Shown here piece after piece: positions 1 through 13,490 of a stretch of 64,000 bases of DNA. The first letter of the stretch is position 1; each line of letters starts with the position of its first letter. The translations under genes were made by a program, and so were the position numbers. Origin of the DNA: Lama guanicoe (lineage: Eukaryota). The stretch lies in assembly GCA_013239625.1 (NCBI GenBank), contig MU054338.1, positions 312,001 to 376,000 on the forward strand. The letters run 5' to 3'. Under the pieces are notes generated by a model. That model ran no database searches, had not been told where the DNA came from, and was given only the letters and a program-made list of their open reading frames with translations.

Positions 1-1700
1 AGGTCAGGCCCACTGAGAGTAATCTCTTTCAATTGACTAAAAGTCCACTGATTTGGGGACATTAACTGCATCTGGAAAAACATTTTGCTTTTACCCGATG
101 AGACGTTCCCACACACACACTCAAGGGGGTTACACAGGGTGTGTACTTGGGGGTCAGATTCTTGGGGCCAAATCAGAATTCTGGCCATTTTGGGGGGACC
201 TAGGGCAGAGTTTAGGGTTCTGAAGGGAGAGGTTGGGGCCAAACCATGAGTTAACCTGCCTCCGGTTCCCTTCCAGGAAAGGCGAGGTAACCTGTCCGGC
301 AACAGGACTCGGGGCTGATAAAACGAGGAGTCTGACAATTCTTCACCCTCAAAGTCTCAAACTGGTGGCAGGGGGCTGAGTTCAGAACACAGGCTTCTCT
401 TGGCCGTCAATGTTGAAAATTTTGTTTTCTCATTTAAAGAGTTTGCCAACATTTAAAAATCAGGAAACTTGTACAAAAATCTGAATTTCTGACTTCTCTT
501 GAGCATGCTGGGCTGGGCTGTGGATGGCAGCCACAGGCACATCCTTCAGGGAGAACCCCTCCCACCGCGTTTCGCCGCATTCCCCTTCCACAAGGAAAGT
601 GAGGAAACTACAACTGGATGAAAATTAGTGACCGTCTTGCCAAGAGAAGTTTTTGTAAAAGTAAATCCTCCTTTACATCTTTTTAATATCCTCGTTCCTG
701 CCACTCCTGCTCCGTGCATCTGCCTCTCATTCTGCATGGGGCCTTGCCTGGACCTGGCCACAAATTTCCAGGCAGCGCCTTCCAGAGGGACCAAATTTCC
801 GGGTGAAAACAGGGCCTGAGCTCTGAGGGTTTGCAGGGCTCCTGTCCCCCACGATCAGAGGCGGCTACTGTTCTGGGTTAAATAATGCCCCCCAAAAAAC
901 TCACATCTACCCGGAAGCTCAGACTGTGACCTCACCTGTAAGTCGAGTCTCTGCAGGTGCAAATCGTTATGCCAGACTCAGTCACCCTGAGTGCGCAGCT
1001 GCGGCGGGTTCCACGGCTCCGGGCTCACCTGTGACAGGGTGAACCCGCGGGGGCTCGTCGGGCAGGAGGCGTGAGCCCCGTGGAAGAGATTGTCAACGTT
1101 CATAAAATGATCTAAGCGACAAGAAAGCATTGCATCTCAAGGGCTTAAGATGTCGGTGGTCTTATAATCGAGGCTATCTTGGCTGTGGTGAAGTTCGTGG
1201 GGCCACGAGATATTAGAGCGGTTCAATAACCTCACAGGGTCAATGCTGGTCAGCGGGGGGCTGGGGTTAGGACTGAATGTGGACTTGGCAGTGGCCAAGA
1301 GTCTTTGGATTGCGAGGGGAAAAGGCCAAAGCAACTCAGCTCAACTCAAGTTGGCTTTGGCAAAACTGGGAGGTTCTGGTTTGCGTGACTGAACAAAGGA
1401 GGACAGCTTCAGGCTCAGCTGGTGCCAGCTGAGGGCATTCGGGTCCCTCTTCACTGTGGAGAGCCCTGGGTTCAAGCCCCAGCTCTGCCAGCCTCAGTTT
1501 CCTCGTCTGTAAGGGGACGTGATCTCACTGACCCCTCCGGAGGTGGGTGGTTATGAGGGTGACCAGAATCCAGCAGACCATCAGTGCCACCTAAATGCTG
1601 CTGCTTGTTGCTGTCGACTAAGTAAACAAACAAATCCTCACCAGGCAGTCAGGGACTCAGATGCAACTTCCTGGTTCCAAGCCGAGGGGAGCAAACACGC

Positions 1701-1716
1701 TGCCACCAGAGGGCGG
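1701..1716 (+). promoter_or_regulatory. CTCF motif
   Basis: TGCCACCAGAGGGCGG matches the CTCF core. Confidence 0.6.
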
Positions 1717-2609
1717 AGAGACATCAGCAACACAGCTCCAGCTCTCAGCAGCCGGGAGAAACCCACCTGCCCCCTACCCTGACTGGCTGGCGCTTTCCCA
1801 GACCCGGGTCAGCCCAGCCCCCGCCCCACAAAACGCGCGTAGGCTGATGGAGGCCACGATGAGGGAGGTGCTGTGGACAGAGTTATTAGAGAAAAACACT
1901 TGCCTCCCATAACGTGTTTTTCCGCATTTCAAAATATTCTCGTGGGTTTTCCCCCTAGAACGCTAAAGTAGCTGAAAACAATTGAAAACGTGAGAAGTAG
2001 GTATGGTAACACGTAGCGTTACTTTAGGTTTAAATATGGTATATTTTATTTATACCACAAACAGGATTTATACTTCTGCCCGCAGTCCAGGGCCCCGCAA
2101 ACTGCTTCTCCTGCCTTAATTTCCTGCTTCGGGACCTGCTGACCGTCTGGAGAGGAAGCACGTCTGGCGAAGAGCCTCTGGCACCTGCAGAGAGTTCTCG
2201 AGGCGGCCAGGTAATATGGGGGTCGGAGCAGGGCTCGTTGGACAGGGCGCCACGGTGGGATTCCGAGGGAGGCAGAGGGGGCGGGGCCAGGGAGTTTCTG
2301 AGAGAGACCCTTGTGCGCCTCTCTCCCTCCACAACCTTCTGGGGCTCCTCACGGCGGGAGGCCAAAGTCCACAAGGAGCACGGCCCCCAAGCCATCCGTT
2401 CATTCACTTAAGTACCCCTGCTTGGTGCCCACCAGTCCCCCGCGTGCTCCCTGCCATCGTCCCCATCATTTCCCCACTCATCCCTTCCCTCCATCCCGCC
2501 ACCACCCTCCCCCCCATCCCCGCCCCACCCCGTCCCCCTCCCTGAGCCGCGCAGTCCCCACCGCCCGGTCTCCCGGCGCTGCGCACGGCCTGTTCTCCCC
2601 AGAGAACAG

Positions 2610-2646
2610 GTCACCAGAGGGCGCCCGTGAGCACCAACGGGGCGCG
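2610..2646 (+). promoter_or_regulatory. CTCF motif pair in a small CpG-rich patch
   Basis: GTCACCAGAGGGCGCC followed by the weaker GCACCAACGGGGCGCG. Confidence 0.5.
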
Positions 2647-3139
2647 TCCCTGCTCGGCCCACCGCCCGCCGGGGCTCCCGCGCCCCTGGTCCCTGGTCCC
2701 GCGTCCCTGGTCCCTGGCGCCGCGGGGTGGGTAGTGGGGGAATCAGCGGCGCCTGCCCCCTTGGGCGGGTCCTGACATGAAGGTGTCCAGGTGACATGTC
2801 CCGGGGACTGACAGAGGAGGCCTGGAAGCTGCTGGGTTCCAGCCCAGACTCTCTCCTGCGGAGCTGGTGGCTCTCGGCGCCTTGCTCTCCACCCTGGGCC
2901 TCAGTCTCTTCACCTGGAAAGTGGGCACGTGGTCCTGATGCAACAGTGTGACAAACTTCCTTGTGGGGGTCCTCCCTGCTCTCCCTCAGGCCTTCAGTGT
3001 CGAAAATAACACGCACAATGCTGGCAGACACCAGCCGGCCCTCGAGAAGCGCTCGCGGGACCTGGGCACTGCTCCTCCGGTCTGTGAGCCTGGCTCCTGT
3101 GGTCCCCACAGCTACCAGCAGTGTGCCGTTACCGTTCCC

Positions 3140-3780
3140 ATTTTTAAAACCTGAGGCAAAATTCACATAACATAAAACTAACCACGGACCATCTAAAATA
3201 TACAATTTAGTGTTTTCACTGCATTCACAGGTTGTGTAATCATCACCTCTAATTCCAGAACATTCCGTCACCCTGTCCCTGTCCCCATCAGCAGTCATCC
3301 CCCCGGCCCCTCCCCAGCCCCTGACAGCCAGAAGCCTCCTCCCTGTGTCTGGGGACTGGCCTGTTCTGGACGCCTCACATCCGTGAACTCACACGCTGTG
3401 TGTCCTTCTGTGTCTGCTTCTCTCCCTGAGCATCGTGCTCTCAGGGTCCGTCCACGTGGGAGCGGGTGTCAGGGCTGCTCTCCTGGTCATGGACAAGTAA
3501 TGTTCCCATGTGTGGAGGGACCACATTTGTGTGTCCATTCCTCCACTGATGGACATTTGATTTGTTTCCGCTCTGGCTGTTAAGAATCTTGCTTCTGTGA
3601 ACATGCGTGTAGCTGTGTGTGTGTGTGTTTCATCTCCCTCAGGCGTGTGTCTAGGAGCAGAATTGCTGGATCACAAAGTAACCCTATGTTTACTTTTTTG
3701 AAGAACCATTGGCTCTTTTTCACAGTAGCCACACATTTTTCATCCCACCCGGCATGCACAGGGTATGCTTTCTCCACTGG
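3140..3780 (-). mobile_element. L1M (L1MB/ME-like) 3'-end fragment with homogenised GC-rich core (~3310-3485)
   Basis: Typical L1M 3' UTR motifs (GTTCTGGAATTAGAGGTGATG on the minus strand) plus the shared core CCCTGACACCCGC...GGGAGAGAAGCAGACACA. Confidence 0.8.
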
Positions 3781-4199
3781 GAGCTTCTTACAAAACAAAG
3801 CGCCGGCTGGAGACGGGGGTGGCCGGGGAGGTGGCAGGAGCTGATGAAGAGTCTCCCTGCGCCATGGGCTGACCAAGGGGCCCCCGGGCCTGCTCTTGTC
3901 TCCCTCTCTGGGCCTCTGGGCCACGCCGTCAGCCCACCCAGCACCTACTACAGTGGACGAGGCAGGAATGAACACGATGGGCAGGTGGAGGGACTGGGGT
4001 CCCAGGGTTGGTCCCAGCTGTGCGACTTGTAGCTTCTCTGAGCTGCAGTTTCCTCATCTGCAAAATGGAACGGATTTTACAGCTTTTCCATGTAAAATGG
4101 AACAACAGGAAGCCTGTCCTGAGGGCCTTCAAGAAGCTACGTTATCATATGAGCCAGTGCTTTGACTCCTAAGCGTGTGCCCCAAAGCGCTGGACCAGA

Positions 4200-4635
4200 C
4201 ACAGACGAACCCTGGTGCCCACGAGCCCACAGCGGCCCGAGTAGACACGACCTGTGTTCCTCGGCGGGTGGACAAATAAACACCATGTGGGCCAAACACA
4301 GTGGAGTATGAGTCAGGCAGAAAAAAGAGTGAAACGCTGGTTCTTGCTACAGTGTGGGTGAACTTTCAAAACAAAATATTGAGTAAAGGAAGCCAGACAC
4401 AGAAGGACAGATGTTGTGAGAGTCCATTTACATGAAGTCCCTGGACTGGCAGATTCAGAGAGGGGCTGGGAGGGGGCTGGGAGGCTGCTAGGGGCATGGG
4501 ACTTCCTTTCACGTGATGGAAGTGCTCTGGAGTCAGATGGTGCTGATGGCTGCACCGCTCTGAACACACTAAACACCCCTGGATGGTCCACTTTCAAATC
4601 ATGAATTTTATGGTATGGGATTACATCTCAATTAA
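4200..4635 (+). mobile_element. L1M 3'-end fragment, ancestral-like (core not homogenised)
   Basis: GTAAAGGAAGCCAGACACAGAAGGACAGATGTTGTGAGAGTCCATTTACATGAAG, ending TTACATCTCAATTAA. Confidence 0.7.
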
Positions 4636-5669
4636 GAGAAGACGCTTCCAGAACCCTTCCGAAAGTGGCCACACTTCACATTCCCGTCGGTGAGGTCAGG
4701 AAGGTCCTGTGGCTCCGGGTTCTGGCCCACCCTCACGTTGCCTGTATGTTTGGTTTCAGTGGTTCTCAGGGGTGAGGCGGCCCTCTCTGGGGATTTCGTC
4801 TGCAGACTGGCCACATGGAGTTCAGGCTCACTGGTCATTCGTGTGTCCTTGCAGGACCTGCCCATTGAAGTCCTTGCCCCATTTTCTTCATTGGGTTTTT
4901 TGGTTTTTGTCATTGATTTGTGAGAGTTCTTTGCGTATTACAGACCCCAGTCCTTTGCTGGGTCATACACTGCAAATACCTGTTCCCACTCTGTGCTTTA
5001 CCTTTTGACTCTCCTAATGGTGTATGTGGACAAACTAACTTGTTTAAAATAAGAAAACTAAATGTTCTAATTAGAAATAAATTTTACAGGCAAGGCGGCT
5101 CAGCGTGTGAATCACCGGGGAGAGAGTTTGCCAACAGTAGCATCAGCTTCTCCACGCGGAGGGCAGAGGGAACAAGGTTGGCTCCACTCACAGACAGAGA
5201 CTGAGGTTCCCAAAAGCACCCTGGGTGCCTGATTCAAGCACAGCCTGGAAGGGGTGTTTCCAGAAGGTGCACCTCCTGGCCCACGGGATGCTCTCTCTGA
5301 GCAGATCTGCAGGTCTGGCATGAAACCCTCAACTTGAATTTACAAAACCTCACTTCCTGCCAAGTCAGATGGAAAAGGCTGGGGACGGGGAGGCCACTGT
5401 TTACGTCTCGTCCATTCTGGCCGGCTTCTTGATAGGTCAGTTGTTTATGTAACCGCGTGGTGTGGGAGGAGAACACGGCCACCCGCAAGGGCCTTGGGAG
5501 GACCTGCGTCCCTGCTGCTCGCCCCCACCCCCGCCACAGGCCCCTACATCCACTTCTGCGTCCTCTGAGCTCCCCCCGGGCAGTGGGGGCTGGAAGCGGT
5601 GTGTCCACTTAGTGGTCGGTGCCCCGCCTTTCTGGGCATTAAATTTCGGGGTCTCACAAGTCTGTTCCC

Positions 5670-6090
5670 GGGTATACACCCAAAATAATTGAAAATAGGT
5701 ATTCAGGCAAAAAACTTGTACATACATGTTCACAGCAGCACAATTCGCAGCAGCCAAAATGTCGAAACAACACAAATATCCAAACACCCTCAGCCCTGAA
5801 AAGGAGAGCAGCCCTGACACCCGCCACCACGGGGACGGACCCTGAGAGCACGAGCTCAGGGAGAGAAGCAGACACAGGACACACAGCGTGTGAGTCCACG
5901 GACGTGAGGCGTCCAGAGCAGGCCAGTCCCCAGACACGGGGAGGGGCTCCTGGCTGCCAGGGGCTGGGGGGGCTGGGGGGTGACTGCAGATGGGGACAGG
6001 GTTTCTTTTTGGGGTGAGGGAATGTTCTGGAATTAGAGGTGTGGTTGTCACACAACACTGTGAATGCACTAAATCCCACTGTAATGTTCA
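5670..6090 (+). mobile_element. L1M 3'-end fragment with homogenised core (~5803-5975)
   Basis: Shared core with L1M flanks. Confidence 0.8.
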
Positions 6091-6117
6091 TTTTATCTTT
6101 ATTTTTTATAAACAAAT

Positions 6118-6266
6118 CTTTAAAACAAAAAATTGTACTTTTTGTGGGGGGTGATTTGATTGATTGATTGAGTGATTGATTGATTTTAAAGGAGGTCCTG
6201 GGGATGGAACACAGGACCTCGTGCATGCTAAGTACACACTCTACCGCTGAGCTGTACCCTCCCCCC
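6118..6266 (-). mobile_element. Vic-1-type tRNA-Ala-derived SINE
   Basis: Reverse complement reads GGGGAGGGTACAGCTCAGCGGTAGAG...GTCCTGTGTTCCATCCCCAGGACCTCC followed by an A-rich tail. Confidence 0.8.
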
Positions 6267-6442
6267 ATTTTTATTTATTTTTTATTGCAGTACAGTTCAC
6301 AATATGTCAGTTTCTGGTGTACATCATGTTTCAGTCATACATATACATACATATATATTCTTTTTCATATTCTCTTTCATTAGAGGTGACTACAAGACAC
6401 TGAATATAGTTCCCTGCGCCATACAGTAGGAATTTGTTTGTG

Positions 6443-6575
6443 GGGGGAAGATATAGCTTAACGGTAGAGCGTGCGCTTAGCACGTGTCAGGTCCTGGGTT
6501 CAATCCCCAGCACCTCCATTAAAAATAAATGAATAAATAAACCTAATTACCCCCCCCAAAAAAAGATTAAAAAAG
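6443..6575 (+). mobile_element. Vic-1-type SINE inserted in the L1 3' UTR
   Basis: A box (TAGCTTAACGG) and B box (GGTTCAATCCC), then an (AAAT)n-ACCTAATTACCCCC tail. Confidence 0.8.
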
Positions 6576-8883
6576 AAGAAATGTGTTTTTTCTATTTTAT
6601 ATATAGTAGTTAGTATCTGCAAATCTCAAATTCCCGATTTGTCCCTTCCCACTCCCTTTCCCCTCTGGTAACCGTAAGATTGTTCTCTATGTCTGTGAGC
6701 CTGTTTTCTGTTTTGTAAATAAGTTTATTTGAGTCTTCTTTTTAGATTCCACATATAAGTGATATCATATGGTATTTTTCTTTCTCTTTCTGGCTTCAGT
6801 TAGAATGAGAATCTGCAGGTCCATCCTTGTTGCTGCAGATGGTGTTATTTTATTCTTTTTAATGGCTGAGTAGTGTTCCATTGCATATACACCACAGCTT
6901 CTTTACCCAGTCATCTGTCCATGGACATTTAGGTTGTTTCCATGTCTTGGCTATTGTAAATAGTGCAGCTGTGAACATTGGGGTGCATGTGTCTTTTTAA
7001 ATTAGAGTTCTTCCTGGTATATGCCCAGGAGTGGGATTCCTGGGTCATATGGTAAGTCTATTCCTAGTCTTTTGAGGAATCCCCATACTGTTTTCCATAA
7101 TGGCTGCACCAAACTGCATTCCCACCAGCAGTGTAGGAGGGCTCCCTTTTCTCCACAGCCTCTCCAGCATTTGTCATTTCTGAACTTTTGAACGATGGCC
7201 ATTCTGACTGGGCTGAGGTGATACCTCATAGTTTTGATTTGCATTTCTCTCCTAATTAGCAATATTGTGCATTTTTTCATGTGCCTATTGGCCACCTGTA
7301 TGTCTTCATTGGAGCAATGTTTGTTTAGGTCTTCTGCCCACTTTTTGGATTATGCTGTTTGTTTGTTTTTGTTATTGAGTTGTATGATCTGTTTGTATAT
7401 TCTGGAAATTAAGCCTTTGTCAGTCGCATTGTTTACAAATATTTTCTCCCATTCCATAGGTTGTCTTTTTCGTTTTGTTCATAGTTTCCTTTGCTGTGCA
7501 AAAACTTATGTTTAATCAGGTCCCATTTGTTTATTTTTGCTTTTATTTCTATTCCTGGGTAGACTGCCTTAGGAGAACATTGCTAAGATTCATTTCAGGG
7601 AATGTTTTACCTATGTTTTCTTCTAGGAGACTTACAGTGTCTTGTCTTATGTGTAAGTCTTTAAGCCATTTTGAGTTTATTTTTGTATGTGTGGTGTGAG
7701 GGAGTGTCCTAACCTCATTGGTTTACACTCAGCTGTCAAGTTTCCCCAGCATCACTTACTGAAGGGACGGTGTTTTCTCCATTGTGTATTCTTGCCTCCT
7801 TTGTCGAAGATTGACCATAAGTGTGTGGGTTTATTTCTGGGCTCGCTATTCTGTTCCATTGTTCCATATGTCTGTTTTTGTGCTAATACAACACAGTTTT
7901 GATTACTGTAGCTCTGTAGTATTGTGTGAAGTCTGGGAGGGTTATTCCTCCAGCTTCATTCTTTTTTTTCAGTATGGCTTTGACAATTCTGGGTCTCTTG
8001 TGATTCCATATAAATTTCAGAATTATTTGTTCCAGTTCTGTGAAAACAGTCCTGGGTAACTTGATAACGGATTGCATTAAACCTGTAACTGGCTTTCAGT
8101 ACTCTGACTGTTTTAACAATATTAATTCTTCCAATCCAAGAGCATGGGATAGCTTTCCATTCCTTTACATCATCTTTGATTTCCTTAATCATCGTTTTAT
8201 AGTTCTCTGCATATGGCTTTCACCTCCTCGGTGAGGTTTATTCCTAGGTATTTTTTGATGTGATTTTAACTTTCCTTTTCTGATGTTTCATTGTTAGTGT
8301 AGGGAAATGAAACTGATTTTTGGATGTTGCGTCCTGCCGCCTTGCTGAATTCTTCTATCAGCTCTAGTCATTCTTGCGTGGAGCCCTCAGGGCTTTCTGT
8401 CTATAGCATCATGTCATCTGCGTCTAGGGACAGTTCTACCTCTTCCCTTCCAGATTGGACCCCTTCTCTTTCTTCCTCTTGCCTGGTTCCTGTGGCCAGG
8501 ACTTCCAGCCCTGTGTTGACTAGTGGTGAGACTGGGCGTCCTTGTCCTGTTCCAGATGTTAGGGGGAAGGCTTTCAGATTCTCACTGCTGAGCACTATGC
8601 TGGCTGTGGGTTTGTCATAAATGGCCTTTGTTATGCTGAGATATGTTCCCTCTCTACCCACTTTGGTGAGAGTTTTCATCATAAATGGGTGTTGAATTAT
8701 ATCCAATACTTTTTCTACATCTGTTGAGGTGAGCATGTGGTTTTTGTCCTTTCTTTCGTGGATGTGGTGTATCACATTGATTGGTTTGCGTATGTTGAAC
8801 CATCCTTGTGTCCCTGGGAGGAGTCCAACTTGATCACAGCATATGATTTTTTTTATGTGCTGTTGGATTTGGTCTGCTCATAG

Positions 8884-9012
8884 TTTTTTTTCTTTTTTAG
8901 GGGGAGTAACTAGGTTTATTTATTTATTTATTTTCAATGGAGGTGCTGGGGATTGAACCCATGACCTCGTGCGTGCTAAGCACATGCTCTACCACTGACC
9001 TGCACCCTCCCT
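8884..9012 (-). mobile_element. Vic-1-type SINE inserted in L1 ORF2
   Basis: Same tRNA-like head and tail on the minus strand. Confidence 0.8.
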
Positions 9013-9429
9013 CCATTCGCTGATATCTTGTTGAGGAGTTTTGCATCTGTGTTCATCAGCGATACTGGCCTATAGCTTTCTTTTCTGGTAGTGTCTTTGG
9101 TTTTGGTGTCAGGGTGACGGTGGCTTCATAGAATGAGTTTGGGAGTGCTCCCTCATCTTCAGTCTTTCGGAGGAGTTTGACAAGGATCAGTATGACTTCT
9201 TCTCTGTATATTTTGTGGAATTCCCCAGTGAAGCCGTCTGGTCCTGGACTTCTGTTTGCAGGGAGGTTTTTTATTGCTGATTCCATTTCACGTCTAGTGC
9301 TCGGTCTGTTCAAATGATCTGTTTCTTCTTGACTCAGTCCTGGTGGACTGTATGTTCCTAGAAACGTATCCATATCTCCTGGGTTGTCCAATTTATTGCT
9401 ATGTAGTTGTTCATAGTTGAATTGTTCGC

Positions 9430-9555
9430 TTTATTTTTTTTTAATTTTGTTGGGGTAATTAGATTGTTTGTTTATTTAATGGATGAACTGGGGGTTAAAC
9501 CCAGTACCTTGTGCATGCTGGGCACCCACTCTACCACCGAGGCTGACCCTCCCCG
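9430..9555 (-). mobile_element. Vic-1-type SINE
   Basis: Same tRNA-like head and tail on the minus strand, more diverged. Confidence 0.7.
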
Positions 9556-11029
9556 CCCCCAGATTATTTTCTGTTATAGGTTATTGCAAGATACTGAATA
9601 CAGTTCTCTGTGCTCAGAATCGGGATTTTGAAATGTGTAGCACGATAAACCGTGGCTCAAGCGAAGCTCAGAAAGGTGCAAACTGCCGTGCCCCCCCACC
9701 CCGCCTCACCCCAGGGCTCTCTTTCCAGAACCGACAGATGACCTCATTCCTGATCACCGATTCTTCCAGAAGAAATTACGCATCATACACACAGGACGAT
9801 GTTGATGGATTTAACATACCTCCAGCTCCAGCTGGTGCAGTTCTCTGATGACTGTCTCTGGACTCAGCCCTGCTGGAACCTGCCACCATCTGCCCTTCCC
9901 CAGGGATGTGCCGCAGGAAACCGAGGCTAGGGGCTGCGAGGGAGGAGGGGTGAGAGCGGGAACAGGCACTTTAGGGCCCTCACAAGACTGTGTGGGGTGG
10001 TGGGTGACAGTCTGACCCCTTTGACAGACAGGGAAACCGTGGCTGGGAGAGGCACAGTCGGGCGTCTGGAGTCACCCTGTCGGTAAGCATTGCTGGCAGG
10101 GCCTCCGTCTGCCAGGCCAGCAGGTGCCAAGCGGATGATCGGCTCCTGCAGACATCCCCAGCTGCGTGGCATCAATGCCACCCACCCCCGTGCCACTCCA
10201 TATCCCCCTGTGCCGGCTCCCCCGAAGGCTGCACATTTGTCCAAGTGACCGTGTGGCTGCTGCCCACTGGTGTTAAGGAAAAGCAAGTCTCTCAGGGAGG
10301 GGTCCCCCAATCTGCCTGACCCCTCCCCCCTCAGACACAGCCCCTCCAGGGAAAGCCTTGAATCCGGACAGCAGGGGAGTCCCCGCCCCTGGCAGCCTCA
10401 GTGTGTCTGCTGGCGAAATAGGTGGGATGGACCTGAGCTGGGGGCCAGGAGGGAAGGGCCCAGGTGGGCACAGGGGAGACAGGGTCCCGCCCTGCTCCAG
10501 CCAACAGAGGCAGTCTGACCCGAGAGGATGGAGGCTCTGACGGTGGTGACCGTACGGCTTTGTTGGGGCAGGTCTCGCTGTGGGCTCGCATCTTTGTAAA
10601 CCTCTCTGGAAGGCAGACAGGACAGGTCCCCTAGGCCGGGGGGAGAACCAGCAGGGCCCGATGCCTCCAGCCCCCAGGGGTCAGGACTAGAGGTGGCAGG
10701 GGGCCAGGGCTCTGCTGGGGGCTCTGGTCGGTGTCACGCTCCAGGAAGGGACGCCTCGCCAGGGCCAGGGGACCCATGATGCAGGGAAAGGAGCCGGGAT
10801 CTAAGCAAGACACCCGGTCCTGGGCCTGGGGAGACGTGGCGGCCAGCACGCGGCTCCTGTTTATGACGGGGACCCATGGAACGTTCTCCTGGTCCCACTG
10901 AGCTGCTCTCATCAATAAGTCATTGGCAGATGAGGGGCAGCTGAGAGGCGCTGCCTCACCCACTCCATGCCCTGGACTGGCCTTGCCGGGACAAAAACTG
11001 CCGGTCTGGCTGCTCCGTGGAAAGTCAAA

Positions 11030-11525
11030 CATGGAATTTCCATGGGACCCGGCAGTTTCCCTCCTGGGTGGAAATAAAGAGTGACAACATGTGTCCACAC
11101 AAACCTGTCCACCCCTGTTCGCAGCAGCATCATGTACCACGGGAAGAGGCGACGTGCCCAGGGGCCCAGCTGCGGTTGGAGAATGAGCACACGCGTCCCG
11201 CCACACACAGGGGCGTCACTCGGCCATGACGAGGAGAGCAGCCCTGACACCCGCCACCAAGGGGCTGGACCCTGAGAGCACGGTGCTCAGGGAGAGAAGC
11301 AGACACAGAAGGACACACAGCGTGTGAGTCCACAGATGTGAGGCGTCCAGAACAGGCCAGTCCACAGACACGGGGAGGGGGCTCCTGGTTGTCAGGGGCT
11401 GGGGAGGGGGGTGGGGGTCCCTAAAAATGGGGACGGCTTCTCTGTGGGGTAATAGAATGTTCTGGAACTAGAGGTGATGGTTGTTCAACCCTAAGTAGAC
11501 AAGAAAACATCGAATTGTATAATTT
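11030..11525 (+). mobile_element. L1M 3'-end fragment with homogenised core (~11233-11410)
   Basis: Shared core with L1M flanks. Confidence 0.8.
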
Positions 11526-11694
11526 ATTTTTCTCTACATAATTCAAAAATATACCCTTACTAGTTTTTTTGCACAAATTAATTTATGTAATACAGAAGTG
11601 TGTAATTTTTCAAAAGCCTGTTCCAACTCATAATTTCACATAATTCCACCAAGGCAGCTCTCTAGGAGCAAACACTTGTGTTTTTCCACAACCC

Positions 11695-13490
11695 CCCAGC
11701 TTTACTGAGGTATGACTGACAACTGAAGGTTACACAGGTTTAAGGAGCAGGATGCACATTGTGACAGGATTCCATCAGCCAAGGTACTCAGCACAGCGTC
11801 ACCGCTCACGGGCACCTTGGCTTTTGTGGTGAGAGTATTTACGATCAACTCTCTTTAACAGCTTTCAAGCACGTGATGCAACGGTCAGCTCTAGTCAGCG
11901 TGCTGTGCTCCAGACCTGAAGGGCCCTGTCACCTTCTGACTGTAAGCCTGTGCCTCGGACCAGCAGCGCCCTCTCCCAGCCCCTGGGAACCAGCGTTCTA
12001 CTCTCTGCTTTTATGAGCGTGGCTTTTTAAGTTTCCACGTGTAAGGGAGCTCCTGTAGTGTCTTTTTCTGTCTGACTTCTCCCCCTTTGAATAGTGTCTT
12101 CGTATCCATCCATGTTGTCACAAATGGAAGGGTGTTCTTTTTCAGGGCTGAATAATATTCCATTGCATCTCCCTGCCACAGTTTTATCCGTTCACCTGGC
12201 GGACACGTCCCTGCCCCTGTATCCTGGCACCTGTGAACAGCACTGCTGTGGATGCTGAGGTGTTGCTATCGATTTGAACTCATATTTTCATTTTCTTCAA
12301 ATGAATTCCCAGGAATGGGATTACTGGGTCATATAGTAGTTCTGCTTTTAGTTTTATGAGGAACCTCCCAGCCATTTTCTACAGTGGCTGCACCCATTTA
12401 TGTTCCCATCAATGGTGTACGAGGGTTCCCTTTTCTCCACATCCTCGCCAACATTTGTCTTTTTTTTAATTTAAAAACATTTTTTATTATGGTTTTGCAG
12501 TGGGAGGTAATTAAGTTTGTTTGTTTGTTTGTTTAATGGAGGGACGGGGATTGGAACCAGGATCCAGTGCAGCTGAGCACACGCTCCACCCCTGAGCCAG
12601 CCCCTCCCCCAATTTGTCATCTTTTTGACAATGGCCATTATGACAAGTGTGAGGGGATACCTCATTTGGCTTTTTTTTTTATTGTGGCTTTGACTTGCAT
12701 TTCCCTGATGATTAGGGATCTTGAGCATCTTTTCATGTGCCTGTTGGCGAACTGTGTGTCTTCTTTGGAGAAACATCTGCCCAAGTTCTCTGCCCGTTTT
12801 TTTAATGAGTTGTTCTGTAGTCACCTCTGGACCTCCCTTGCCCTGCCCTTATTAACATACCTTCCTTTTCACAAAGAGACTTCAGTTTCTGAGCAGTTTC
12901 AGATTTACAGAAAAGCTGAGTAGAAACTGTGGAGACCCCCTCACCCCAGTTTCCCTGCTGTTTCCCCCTCAGTGTGCACAATGTACTAGCACCGATGTAC
13001 TGCAGTGTCACAGGCGGTGAGCAATTGTGGTACTTACTGTTAACTGAAGTCCGTAGTGACACTCCGGTTCGCCCTTGCTGCTGTACCTTCCGTGGGTTTG
13101 GACAAACAGATAGTGACGCGTACCCACTGCTGCAGCACCACACAGAGTCATTTCACTGCCCTAAAAATCCCCTGTGCTCCGCCTCTTCATCCCTCCCCCC
13201 GCCCCACAACCACGGATCCGTCCACATCTCCAGAGCGCTGCCCTTTCAGAGCTGGGCTCACAGTGTGCAGCCTCCTCAGACCGCCTTCTCTCACTTAGTC
13301 GTGTGCACTCAGGGTTCCTCCGTGTCTTCTCGTGGCTCGATGGCCCCCTTCTCAGCACAGAGCACATTCCATCGTCGGCCGTCTGTCTGTCCGCCCACCT
13401 ACTGGAGGGCGTCTTGGTTGCCTCCGTTCTGAGCAGTTTCAGATGAAGCTGCTGTAAAAGCCCTTGTGCAGATTTCTGTGTGGACCACAC
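11695..13490 (-). mobile_element. Old L1 fragments (ORF2 end and 3' UTRs of L1MA/MC type)
   Basis: TTTGACTTGCATTTCCCTGATGATTAG, GAGCATCTTTTCATGTGCCTGTTGG and TTTTATGAGGAACCTCC motifs. Confidence 0.7.
12478..12610 (-). mobile_element. Vic-1-type SINE nested in an old L1
   Basis: tRNA-like head with a (AAAC)n tail on the minus strand. Confidence 0.7.

Larger units (their letters stand above)
6267..9420 (-). mobile_element. 5'-truncated LINE-1 (ORF2 RT and C-terminal region plus artiodactyl-type 3' UTR), interrupted by SINEs
   Basis: Minus-strand peptides such as [51 protein letters not shown] and SPGPDGFTGEF, with many stops and frameshifts. A-rich tail near 6267-6290. Confidence 0.93.

Noticed and set aside
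975..1235. CpG-containing stretch next to an MLT1-like fragment (868-970)
   Set aside because: I could not assign it to a gene or repeat family by eye, and it has no convincing ORF or splice structure.
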